Below, piece after piece: positions 30,506 through 42,581 of a stretch of DNA of 64,000 nt. Made by a program: the position numbers and the translations under genes. The notes under the pieces were generated by a model. It was not told where the DNA came from and did no database searches. It saw only the letters and a program-made list of their open reading frames with translations. Location of the stretch: positions 2,542,001 to 2,606,000 of the forward strand of contig CDLV01000004.1 of NCBI GenBank assembly GCA_001244265.2, given 5' to 3'. Source of the DNA: Microbotryum violaceum (lineage: Eukaryota). Each line of letters starts with the position of its first letter. Within the stretch, counting starts at the first letter, position 1.

Positions 30506-31715
30506 TGTTCAAGCGAGACCACGTAGATGATTATGAAGGAAACGCCGTTCGCGAAATCGAGCAAGACGTCCAAGTTGCGCCGGATGCCGAAGCCGAAGCG
30601 CAGAAGAGCAAATTGGAGACACGGTGGTGAAAAGGATGGTGGAATGGACATAGCACCGCACGTCACCAGCCGCAAGTTTTCCTGCCATCGGACGAGTGGC
30701 AGAGTTTTGCTTTCGTGGAACAGACTTATCTCGACCCTGCTTCAGCTTCACCAATATGGGGCTACTCTGATCGAGCTCCGCGACTTTGACTGTCCATCAA
30801 TAATACAGAATTCGCTGAAGCAATTGACAAATTCACCTGCGGATGAGGTTTGAGTGGGACGGGCCGGGTGCCCTGTGTCGTTGGCCGGATTGCTGAGTAC
30901 GCATGCTGTGCTACTCACGAGTGAAACGAGAATCAGCCTCTTTTGGTCGACAGTAATCGCGATGTGTTTGACGTCGTAAAGCTCAGGATCGTGACAACCA
31001 TCAGACAACTTCGACGCTGCGCAGCCCCTCGTATTGCACATGCTGAGCCACAGACGGTATGCGTGGAACACGTCGACTCAGTTCGAATTAGATTACTAGT
31101 CGGAACATGGAGCTCAGGTGTGATCGGCGCTGCGTGTGCCGCGCCTCGTCCCACATCCACAGGGAATAGGCGAATAGTACCACCGGCTCGTGCTGAGTGT
31201 GGGGCACCAGCCCCGGGTCAGCCAGATTGTAGATCTAAAGGGGGCTCTCCTATCTGGTTTTGATAGTCACGCGCGGTGCAGGGTATGTCGGCGGTTTCGT
31301 CCAATAAAGTCTCAGTTTAGCATCATTGACGCACCACGGGCCGGCGACAAGCCCCTCAACTTTCAGCTGGGAAACATCATGGTATTCAAACATCGCTTCG
31401 AGTCTCAGCCAATCTTTGAAGCAAAGATGCGGATTGGTAATTAGCCTAACTGGTTTAAAAAAGTGTGGATCTGCGACTCATGTACCTAAAATCGCTGTTT
31501 TTGAGTGTGTTGCGGCCCTGAGGGAAGGCTATAGTGAATGTACCAGTATACTATTGAGTCTGCCTCACCGGCCTGTAGTATCGCGTTCCGACCAAAAGTC
31601 ATGTCCGACCTTTCTGCGTTTTCTGGACCATAAAAATCGAGTTACAGCGCAAGGACAGTTTTTGTCGATTTTTGACGTGGTGCGGAACTGTTGAGAGATA
31701 TATTGTAGTATTTAA

Positions 31716-34280
31716 CTAGGTTCGGCGGCGCGCGGAGCGCGCCACCTCACATTGAAAATCAGCAGTTCTGTTACATTATTGCAGATGGTTACGGGTCTAC
31801 GCTGCTTTCATCTATGTTTTCGGGAGTTCTTGCAGGACTGGACAGAAGTTCCGAGCTTTGATCATCGGCAGCTCCACTGTAAGGTTCGGCAGCCACTCGG
31901 TAGGTCCAAGCTCAAACCTCGGACCGACGGACCGACTTGCCTGACCTCCCGTTCATTTTCCATGCCTTTGACTGACAACCATTGTGCATCCCTTTGTCAT
32001 CCTTCCCCATGTATCTATCTCTCCCTATTGTCCTAGTTGTCCACAAAGAACCCCATTGTCTACCTAGCTCCCTTTCACACCTCCAGATTCCTTATGTAGC
32101 GATTGGTAGCTCTCTTCTCTCTTTTCCTCTCTTCTCATCCTTTTTCGGGGACCCCCACTCTCTCCTCTTGACAATCGACTGGTTTTGGGACTGTCCATTC
32201 GTCAAGCACTCTGAGAGCACTACCGAGGAACCCGCCTTTGCTTACGCTTACCGCTGAGTAATCTGGGCTCCTTACATCCACCTTGCCGTCGTTGCAACAT
32301 GCCCTGAATACTGGAGTGTCCCGTTCTCCCAAGCGTTCAAAGTCCCAGTGGAAGGGGCTACACTTCCGACACAGAAGATCCATTGCACCTAAGTCGTGTC
32401 GAGGGTAGGCTCCCGGCAGTGGACGCAGAGCAATCAGTGACTGTGCGGCGACACCCACCGGGACAGAGTGGACTTCGGGCGTTGGCTGGGGTGGAGGTGA
32501 TCGATTGATAGAATCATTTTGCTGCCTTTCCCCAAGTCTCCGCAATTGTTGTGCCCTAGTTCTTCTGGAAGTAGAACGATCGTCGATGTTGATGCGGTGG
32601 AGGCAGGGTTCGGCGAAGAACTGTGTGGGACCTGACCGGAACGCTCGAGCTCAAGCTTTTCCCGTTGACGATGTCGTTGCTGACCCTCAGACCTCCGAGA
32701 CGTCGTGGAACTATCGGTATTGTTGCTGTTGTCCATCTGTAGCAATGGCAGTAAAGACTCACATTTAGTGTGCCGATGACCCGGATTCTCAACCGTACGA
32801 GGTCAATCCTTTGACACGCTGGCGGTGAGAATGCCTGCTACCGGTGCAGATTGACTTGACGAACGAGTTTTCGCGACGTCGTGTTGGTCTATTTCGCGCT
32901 GCTGCTTCTCGCGAAGGCGTCCGAATCCGCGCTGTAGAAGGTTTGAGCGTCACCCGGCAGCAGGTCGAGCACCATGTCGTCGATCTGATCCACCTGCGAA
33001 TCTTTGGGCGCCAGAATTACTCGATGTCGGAAGTATTCGGCTTTTTCGCCTATTGACATTGTCCAGTTCGAGCGCGGGGACGGATAAACGTGTCTGATTA
33101 ACCCGGATCTGTTCCTCGTGGTCGCCGGCAGGAGAAGCTCACATGGGAGCGCGATGAAGTCTTCTGTTTTGCTTGCCAAACCGTCTCCAACTCCCAAGAG
33201 CCAATCTGCAAAGCCCTGTGCCTTTGCCCGTTCCGTTTAGGTCATGCGGTCTGCAGCGGCAGGAAGACGCATGTTTGTCTGCGCTTGCACCGTGCCGGTG
33301 TTAGTATGGGGTCTAAAAGTCAGGCAAGGACTGCTACTTTCAGAGAGATGCAGCACCTCAACTTCCCCCCAAAAGTCAACATTCATTATGCAAGCGTCGA
33401 CGATTTGTGCCGGTGATGGGAAGGCATTGCTTCGGATCCCCTGTGATGTTACGGTCGAACCGGTCAGTTAGTCATGCTGCCCTGCGTTTTGCTTTTGAAA
33501 GATTGCACAAACCTGTCAACACGACGTTTACTCCACCGAACCGCCGAGCCGTTGAGGATCTGCCACGGATGGTGAGCTGCAATTCACGGGACCTGTTTTT
33601 TTTTTGCGTGATCCCACACCAAGAGCACAGTTCAAGAAGTTACTTACTCGAATTCGTAGCTATGTTGCATGCGGCAGGCATTTCTTGATCCCGTATTCGT
33701 TGCAGACCTTCCACGACGACCGCTTCAGATGTCGCCAGCTCGAGGTGGCGATGGGATGAGGTGCGATGGGTAAGGTATGAAGAGCAGGAGGGAGAAAGAT
33801 GGAGAAGCCTGCGCCTCAGTTTAAACCGGACTCATAGAATGTTGCGGAACGACGTGGAACGTCGTGGAGTGAAGCCCGAAGCAGAGGGTCATCTGCCCGG
33901 CTGCTTTGATGGGAAATGGAACCTCGGTGAACGTAGGCAAAACGGTCTGTCGCTGGCGTGAAGGTTGTTGTACAGGAGACGGGATGTGAAAGCTTGCAGA
34001 TGACTATTCGGCAGTGGCAGCCACTGGATGGTTGAAGGGACTACGCTACGATGTGGCAGGCACGCAAAACAGGTCGTCTGGGAAGCCGAGAGTTATGTGC
34101 CAAGCCGCATCTACTCCAGGCCGCATGGATGGGAAATGGGACCTTGGCGAAGGTAGTCGAAGCGGTCTCGCCGATGCTGAAACAGCGCTAGCTAACTGGG
34201 ACACGCTGGACCGAGAGCTGCCGATGACGTCACGCCACATGGTCTGTCTTTTGTTCTTTGACGTTCTTTGTCTGACATGA
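31716..34280 (-). mobile_element. Scrambled Helitron remnant (3' end, Zn-finger fragment, PIF1 helicase fragment)
   Basis: Minus-strand GC hairpin (ggcgcgc-gga-gcgcgcc) followed by CTAG|T at 31716. HDLGAMDLLC..CCNDGKV at 32135-32545. [28 protein letters not shown] at 32889-33197. 33610-34250 resembles 54650-55200. Confidence 0.75.
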
Positions 34281-34301
34281 CTGATTCATTTAGTAGTACT
34301 G

Positions 34302-34340
34302 CTAGGTTCGGCGGCGCGCTCCGCGCGCCACCTCACACCG
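34302..34340 (-). mobile_element. Helitron 3' terminus (hairpin plus CTAG)
   Basis: ctaggttcggcggcgcgctccgcgcgccacctcac is near-identical to the terminus at 31716. Confidence 0.7.
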
Positions 34341-37300
34341 TAAATGTTGACCTGCAATGTGATGTGCTTGGTTGCAACAGCTGCGGTACTGTTGAGTCAC
34401 GGAAGCGTAGTGGTTGAAGTCGGGAGAGAAGCGCGCGATGACAATCAAATGTACAGAGCCTTCATTTCATCATTGAACTACTTTTTCGTTCTCCGGGAGC
34501 CCGATGATGGCTCAGACCGTCGTCGAGACCCGTGTCGAGTGTGTAGACCTTTTCACGGGTGTCGCAAGCTTGACTTGCAAGCTGCCAATCGAACCGAGCC
34601 GTACATGTTGGAATATCCTTTCGACCAGCTGGAAACAGTTGGAAGGAGCGACGCGCGGTCGAGGAGGTCTGTGCGGCGTACGCGCGAGTGCAAGAGGGCC
34701 TGAATAGAATTTGATAGGCCTGATCCCGCGCGTGACAAACTGGGTCTTTTCCTCATGTTTGGCTCTGCATCGGATCAGTCCATTGTTCAACTTGGTAGCG
34801 TCTGTCCCTGCCGCAAGGCAAACAAACCCTCGCACAACTAGACTGTATAGAGATCAATCAACCATCACGCCTCGTCACGCCTCGTCACGCCTCTCGCCGC
34901 ACCCCTGCCGCAAATCAATGTCGCCTCCACCAAGGCCATACTCGGACCCTTTTTTGGCAACATTAATGCCGGCAATTGGTCGCTTGCCAAAGAGCAACTG
35001 GAGATGGCACTCGAGAGCGATGAGCACCTCGTCCCACTTCAAACGGTCACTCCCCTGCCCACGATGCTCACGTTCCACGCCTTCACCAAAGACTCCGTCC
35101 TCAACGCAGTAGGCTGGTACAACCACCAGCAATCTTATCCTCAAGCCAAGGCCAAGCAGGCGGCGACCATCAAGAGTGAAAGGCTCATCTGATGATGTGT
35201 GTGGGTCAGGCAACGTACGACATGGTGAAGGACCTCCCCGCGCATCAACAGTGGGCCAAGCTCGAGTCGGTCTTCGCCGCGACCTCGAGCACCGTTGACC
35301 GCAGCGCACACCTCGTCGAGCTGGTCACTATGCCCCAGTTTGTCATTGGCGACGACTTCGAAGCTTGGCTTGCCACCTTCCGAGCGACCGTCAATCCGGT
35401 CAACAACGCAGTCAAGCACGCCCAACCCTCGACGGCGCCGTGTGGGTGCGACCCCAACCCTTTGCACCCGATGATTGTCTGGGACTGGCTGTGCAACCTG
35501 ATGCCCAAAGCCTATGCTCCCACTATCAATGCACTCAGCAACAATGTCGACATCGGAAAGTTGGAGCAGGTGTTACGCCGTTTGGCACTTGGTGATCGCA
35601 CCCGGCGCAAGCAGGCCCAAGCTCTTGTGGCCCTTCTTAATCCCGCACCTGCGTCTTTAGCACCGCTCGCTAACCGCCTGTTCCAGCGGCCCAGGCCCGC
35701 GCGACCCACCCGCGAAGTGTACCGGCCACACGGGACCGCACCTCAACGCGCGCAAACTTCACAACATCGCCAAGTGGCCACCCGGAGTTTCGAAGAGAGG
35801 CCGGCTTGGTCTCTTCCCGACCCAATGTTTCTTGTGTTACAAGGATGGTCACCTTGCGACCGCTTGCACGGTTCCCAACCACCTCAGCATCAAGTTGAAG
35901 GTTGACGCTTTGAAGGAATATGGCATCCCCGTCACGTTGGAGCAAGCTCGCGCGCTTGTGCACAACACTCTCAACCAGGAGGAGCACACCAAGGCTTTGG
36001 CGGCGCACGCGCAGTTGGCCCAATTCGATGACAATGACAACGAGACGATGGAGGCTTCCGCGGCCCGCTGGCACGTCAGGATTTCGGGCAAGGACACCAA
36101 GCAGTGTTTCAACATTGACACGGCAACTCCGTTCCTGCTCGACTCGGGTGCCACAAGGCACATGACGACGAGGCTCAACCTCCTTCATGACTATTGCCCA
36201 TCCCCGACTGATTGCCGCGTCCATGTCACCGGTGCAATTGGTTCCGGAGGTTTCGCAAGCGGCACCAGCTCCCTGCGTTTCTCGACCGGTGGCAAAGACA
36301 TGGTTCTCCGCAATGTCCTTCATGTCCCTGGCCTCGAAGCGGAGCTTGTTTCTCTTCATTGCCTCATCAAGGATGGTTATGGTGTACGCATTGCATCGGC
36401 ACCCAAGGCGCGCGGCCTCATAGTCTCTCATGGCAACGTCAAAGCCCACTTCCAACTTCGCAACAAGCAATTTGTCCTCGAGGCAAGTCCCCTCGCACCC
36501 ACTCTCCTCCGTGATTCTGCGCTTAACGTTGCCCTACCTCCCTCCGCAGATCTGTCACTCTGGCACGGTTGCTTGGGACATGGAGGGGTGAACGCAGTGT
36601 TGGCAAGTGGGAGAGTGGGGTCAATTGGGTTGAATACTGCTGCTGTAATGCCGGACTCGATCCAACTCGTCAAAACCTGTGTTCCCTGTCATTTGGGAAA
36701 ATATGTTGCGCAACGATCCCACACTGCTGCAACGCACTGCGCAACCGCTCCCTTTGGTTGAGTCTTCATGGACCTTTGGGGCCCGGTCCAGTTGTTTCCC
36801 TCTCAGGTCATCGCTACCTTTGCGGTGGTACGGATGAGTATTCTTGTTATTGCTGGCTCTGTGGTATCACAGCAAAGAGCGACGCGACACGTGTGATTCA
36901 GGACCTCGTTGTGTTCTCATGCGTTCAGTACCCTGGCTCGTCGTTTTGAACGCTCGTGACCAACCACGGTGGGGAATTTGTCAACAAGCAGTTGGACGGC
37001 TGGCTTGCATCACGGGGTGTTGTACATGAGCTATTGACGCCATACAAACACGCTTGCAAGAACGTTCCTGGCGCTCAATCTTTGACAAGGTCCGCACCTC
37101 TGTGGCCCAATCTGGCCTGCCACTCTTCCTCTGGGAAGAAGCTACCCACACCGCCGTGTACGCCCTCAACCTGACGGCAACCCCTGTGCTCGACAACTCA
37201 ACTTTGGACTTGGTCCTACATGCCTCCGGCGACCTCGTTGGCGAACATTGTCACCCACGCGGATCCCGCCTCCGTGTTTGGGGCTGCCAGGTGCTCGTCC

Positions 37301-39845
37301 CACTACTACCAGAACAGCAAGGGCACAAGCTCGCGCCCCAGTCTTGTCACTGCTTCTTTGTTGGCTACTTGCAGACGTCTCAAGCCTGGCGTTTTTATGA
37401 CCCCGCTTGCTGCAAGGTGTTCAAGTTGTCTCAAGCCACCTTCTTCGAACGGGAATTCAGCCGGCCGCACAACGCAACAGAGATGCGGACGCTACGACGA
37501 TGGACCGGTCCTATGCACAACAACAGTTCGTCCATTGCCGCAGCTCCCGAAGACACCATCAACAATGACAATACAATTTTTGAGGACTTGCTGCCCCTTC
37601 TCAGTCCGCCCCATGTGTCCATCACCGAGCAGCCTGTGCCTCCTGTCCACGGCACAGCACCACCACCGCAGGGGCTCGCCTTCAACAACCCGGGACCAGC
37701 CTGGTCAGCTCCGCTCGGCAATCAATCGTCTCGTAATCGCGGACCTCCAGAGCGCCTTGGCGACTTCACAATGGCTGCGACAGCCATCACCAAGTTTGCC
37801 GCCAATGAGGCGCACACCGTTGAAATCATCGACTTTGAATGGGCCTTCACCACCCACCCAAGCCCTGATGCCCCAACTTATTGGGAAGCAATGTCAAGTA
37901 AGGACCGGGAAATGTGGTTTCAGAAGAAGACGGAACTGTTTGCTGCCGAGTGCTTTTTCCTTGGCCACCACATCACTCGGGAAGGCATCAAGGTGGAGCA
38001 AATCCAACAGTGGCCACGACCAAGGATGGTGAAGCAATTGCGGGGATTCCTGGGTCTGGTGCAGTATCTGCGGAAGTTCATTCACAAGCTTGCGGACTTG
38101 ACGGCGGTTTCAATCCCGCTGACACGGAAAGGGGTGCATGTCAACGAAGGCTGGACGGGAGAGCACGATAAGGCGTTTGAGGCAATCAAGTCCTTGGTGG
38201 GGAACCTTCCTTCTCTACATCCCATTGATCATTCTGACAAGGGCGACCCGTTGTGGCTGATGACGGACGTGAGCAATCGGGGAATTGGGGCGGCACTCAG
38301 TCAAGGAAAGGAATGGCAGACGGCGATGCCGGCAGGCTATTGGTCACAACAGTACAACCCAGCGGAAGTCAACTATGCAGCACACGAGATGGAATTGCTT
38401 GCAATTGTGGACGCCCTTCATCACTGGCAGGTAGACCTTTTGGGTGTTCAATTCAAGATCCTCACAGACCACCACTCCTGGGCGGGCTTCATGAAGCAGC
38501 CAAGCCTTTCACGACAACAAGCTTGATGGACCAAATGACTGGCCAATTACGACTTTGAGATTATATATGTACGAGTTCCAGAGAACACCGTGGCTGATGC
38601 ATTAAGTCGCTACTCTTTCCCGGAGGAACCCACAGCCGGCCGCTATGCGAGCGACGATGTCAATGTGCTGGCGGAGGCGACTCTCGATCCGGCCTTCCTT
38701 TGCAAACTCAGGGACGGTTACCGCAAGGACCCGCAATGTCAACAAGCTATCAAGAACTTCGACTCAACACCAGGCTACTCAGTTGACAATGGAATCACAC
38801 GGTTCAAAGGACGGATCCTCCTGCCAACGACGGGGAACTTTCGGGAGGACGCGCTACATGACGCACATGACGCCGCAGGCCATTTTGGACTACACAAGAC
38901 GTACAAACACCTGCACCACAACTTTATCTGGTTGGGAATGAAGGATGCGTGCAAATATTAAGTTGAGTCCTGTGCTGCTTGTCAAACAATGAGGATGCAT
39001 GGCACCGGTTTCGCCGGTCGGATCCACAATTTGAATGTGCCTGACTGGCCAATGCGGGAAGTTGGCCTAGACTTTGTTGGGCCACTTGTACCTAGCAACG
39101 GTAATGACGCACTGCTTACGGTAACAGATCGCCTTTCAGGCTACGTTCGCCTCATCCCTTGCCGCACAACAGACAATGCGACTACAATGGCGCACCGGTT
39201 CTTCGAGGGGTGGCATCGACACTTTGGCATGCCACAAGTGCTGGTCTCGGACCGCGACAAGCTCTTCACAAGCGAGTTCTGGCGAGCGTACATGGGCCAG
39301 CTGGGAACGAAACTGGCAACATCAACAGCTTTTCACCCGCAAACGGACAGCCAAAGCGAGTGAACAAATCAGACCATGATCCAAGTCCTGCAAACAATGG
39401 TCAACCAACGGCAAAACAACTGGTCGAAGCACTTGGCTACGGTGGAGTTTGTGATCAACTCCAGTATGAACAGGTCGACGGGGAAGACACCATTTGAAGT
39501 GGTACTCGGTTTCACGCCGGAGCTGACACCAAACACCCCAGTGGAAGGCTCAACCACATCACAGGCAGTCAAATCCATCATGGAACAACGTGAAGCAGCG
39601 GTTGCGGAAGCCCGAGACAATTTGGCAATTGCAAAGATCCGGCAGGCCAACCAGAGCAACAAGGCAAGGAAACCGGAGCCCGGGTTTGCAGTTGGCGACA
39701 TGGTCTTAGGCAACTCGCGGGATTGACGACTACGGTACAAGGCCAATGGGGAAGCACGGTCAGCCAAACTCTTTCCCCGGGTTGACGGCCCTTACAAAGT
39801 CCTAGCAGCACGACCAGAAACCTCAAATTACAAGCTGAAGCTCCA

Positions 39846-39950
39846 AATAATGTAATGGAAGATAAATGTAGCTACTACAGAAACCATTGAACCAATACTT
39901 GAGATTAAATTTCAAGCGGCGAATGCGTCCGGGTAGTCAGGAATTCTTCG
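39846..39950 (-). pseudogene. cox1: Mitochondrial cox1 exon fragment
   Basis: RRIPDYPDAFAAW(TGA)NLISSIGSMVSVVA. Confidence 0.9.
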
Positions 39951-41024
39951 AATTGATTATGTACAAAAAGAATGAGTTGTATTTAATTTGTTATAAAGAA
40001 AGGCCTTTATATATGATTTTCAAAAATGAAACAGAAAATACAAGTTTTAAGAGCTAAAACAATACTTTGAATATTAATAAAAGTATCATTCATCTCTTCT
40101 CTTTTTTTACGTAAAAAAGTAAAAGATAAAATCACAGATCATGAGTCAGTTATTTTATAGCTAATTACTTCGCAGCCTAATAAGCTTAAATAAGATAAAG
40201 CTCAAGTTTTACAGTAAAGATCTCTTTTTTTAACTACTCCTTTATTTTCTAGAAGCGCCCCTTTTTATTAATTAAAAAAAAGCGGGGCTGCGAGTTTTTA
40301 CGTAAAAAAGGGCTGTTTTTATTTTATTTAATTTGCTTCCCGTACGTTTGGTGAACGGTAGCGGTGAAAAGACCTTTAGTTAATAGAACTAATGAAGGTG
40401 TACCTTGCTTTGTGTACTCAATACTTAAGTCAGCTAATCGCCCCTTTGCAAAGGGGCGCGAGATCATTTAGATAAGTTGAATACTTATTAATCTTTATTA
40501 CCGAATTTAATCAGTCTCATCTTTCGAATCAGTCGTTACAGGGGGAATATTGTTTCTTAATAAGTGTAGATGTGGCATCATTAAGTGTTTTAACTGCATC
40601 TTCAAATTTCTCCGGAGATAATTTTGAAAGACCCATTAAAACAGCTTGTAGATTGTAAATTAAATAGCTATTTACACTACTTTTGTGAAGATTATACTAA
40701 ACTTAGTCACATTAACAAATAACAAACTAACACTTAAAACAGATCAGTATCAGAAGAAAGACCTAGTGGGCTTTTATTTAAGAAAAAATGCATAATCATT
40801 TCTTAGAGGAAATTGAATCTATTGTAACTCCAGTGGATGGCTATATCCACTTGGGTAAAAATAAAATGATCGAGATTCCTCAGAACTAATCACAAATCAT
40901 CAAAGTACAATGCAACGTACATTTGTTCGGTCTTTTTTCACCTGTTCATGACTAGATCACTCCCTTTCGGGTCTAATATTACATACTTAACCCATAATAT
41001 ATATAGTTGCTTTCGCTGAGGATA

Positions 41025-41375
41025 TAAACCTTGCATGTAATATTAAGTTGCTGACCCATTATGCAAAAGGTACAATATTACCAATTAAGGCTCTATCTGC
41101 TTATAAGATTGCTAATTCAGGCTCTGTTTCACCAGTCATCGACTTGCTTTTAACCTTTCCCTCACGGTACTCTTCACTATCGCTAAACATATCATACTTA
41201 GCCTTGGAGGATGGTACCCCCATATTCAGACAGACTTACTTCCGTCTTACTCACTAATATCATCTCACCTTTGTTTTTGGCCCTCTAGAAGAAGGAGAAA
41301 AATCACCAGTAAAATAATAGTTAGCTAGTTGTAATAAAAATGCTTGTTCACAGGACTATAACCTTCTATGGTATC
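41025..41375 (-). rRNA. rnl: Mitochondrial large-subunit rRNA fragment (within NUMT, non-functional)
   Basis: Antisense LSU signatures acctttccctcacggtac, tgacccattatgcaaaaggtac and ttagccttggaggatggt. Confidence 0.85.
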
Positions 41376-42415
41376 TGATATTATCAGTTGTCTTCATCTA
41401 TTTCCTTCCGATTGGGCCTTCGATCAATTTCAGATAAACCCGTCAGTCTCTCTTCTGGACTGAGCTTAATCGGCATGCGTCTATAAACCCATTTTATTTT
41501 TTTGTTCCCATCTAAAAAGCGATGGGAAACTGTAGGGGTCCTAACCCCATAGATAAAAATACTAAAAAAAACTGGAATAAGCGCACGACGGCGACGAAAT
41601 AAAGGAATAGGTAAAAAGCTCGCTCGATTAATCAAGCGCCACCATCGATTAGACCAGCTAATCATTGACAAAATGAAGTTGGAAAATGCGTTGCACGTGT
41701 AGTCTCTGAGGTTCCTACCTTGTACGATTAAGATTCCGGTCCGCCCCACACTAAATATCCGATCTCAGGACACCTGTTCTAACGACGCGTGAATACGGAG
41801 TGATTTAGTTAGTGTTTGTTTGAAGGTATAAAAAATTCCCCATTATTTATTAGAAAATGTAGTGAGATTGGTCAATAAATAAGTCGACTATTTTAAATCG
41901 AATATAACCTTTTTATAAATGATTTTACTATTAACTGTCTTAAGCAATTCAGAACCTACAAATGTTGTTTTACATAACGCGGTAACTGGAGAACTTATTA
42001 GAACTATGAGTTTGAAAGCTAAAAAAGTTCCTTTAAAGGAAGTGTTGTTATTCATCGACCAATCTCACTACATTTTCTAATAAATAATGATTAGTAAAAG
42101 TTATTATATTGACAATTTCAAAAGTGGTAAAGAGTTAATTGTAGATATGATTACAGATATCTCAAACATTGTTAAATGTTTAGATGCTAACGGTGGATCC
42201 TAAAAGATTGTATGAATGGAATGGTACAGGACTCTCAAGTGTTCACTCTAATGAATGCGCATATTGTGGTCCACTTAAGAATTCGATAACGTAGCCTCTT
42301 TAGCTTTTTACTCCTTTATTTTCGAAAATAAAGGCCAAAAGAAAAAAAAAGGGAGGAGCTAAGCTAGATATAATAAGGATGAACAAAAGTGAAGTTGAGT
42401 TGTATAAAATAGGAT

Positions 42416-42472
42416 TAGACTGGATAAGAATCGAACTTACGCAACTACAATGAAAATGTAGTATTCTACCAC
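42416..42472 (-). tRNA. trnE: Mitochondrial tRNA-Glu(UUC) fragment lacking the 5' acceptor strand
   Basis: Minus strand: anticodon arm ctaca-TT TTC AT-tgtag and T-arm gtaagttcgattcttat. Confidence 0.7.
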
Positions 42473-42521
42473 CCATTAGAATATATTACTGATGGAAGTA
42501 AATTTGTACTATGTTCTAACC

Positions 42522-42581
42522 GTAATTAGTTTAATTTTCAGTCTTCTAGGTTGAGCCGTAATCCCATTTGGAAGTGGTTTG
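42522..42581 (+). pseudogene. nad1: Mitochondrial nad1 fragment
   Basis: VISLIFSLLGW(TGA)AVIPFGSGL. Confidence 0.75.

Noticed and set aside
37054-38526. Novel Copia-Gypsy hybrid polyprotein (490-aa in-frame ORF)
   Set aside because: Explained by a deletion joining the Copia RT start (..DREMW) to the middle of a nested Gypsy RT. Both parts are decayed.
41025-41375. Bacterial 23S rRNA, contamination or HGT
   Set aside because: AT-rich and embedded with cox1/nad1 fragments using TGA=Trp, so mitochondrial.
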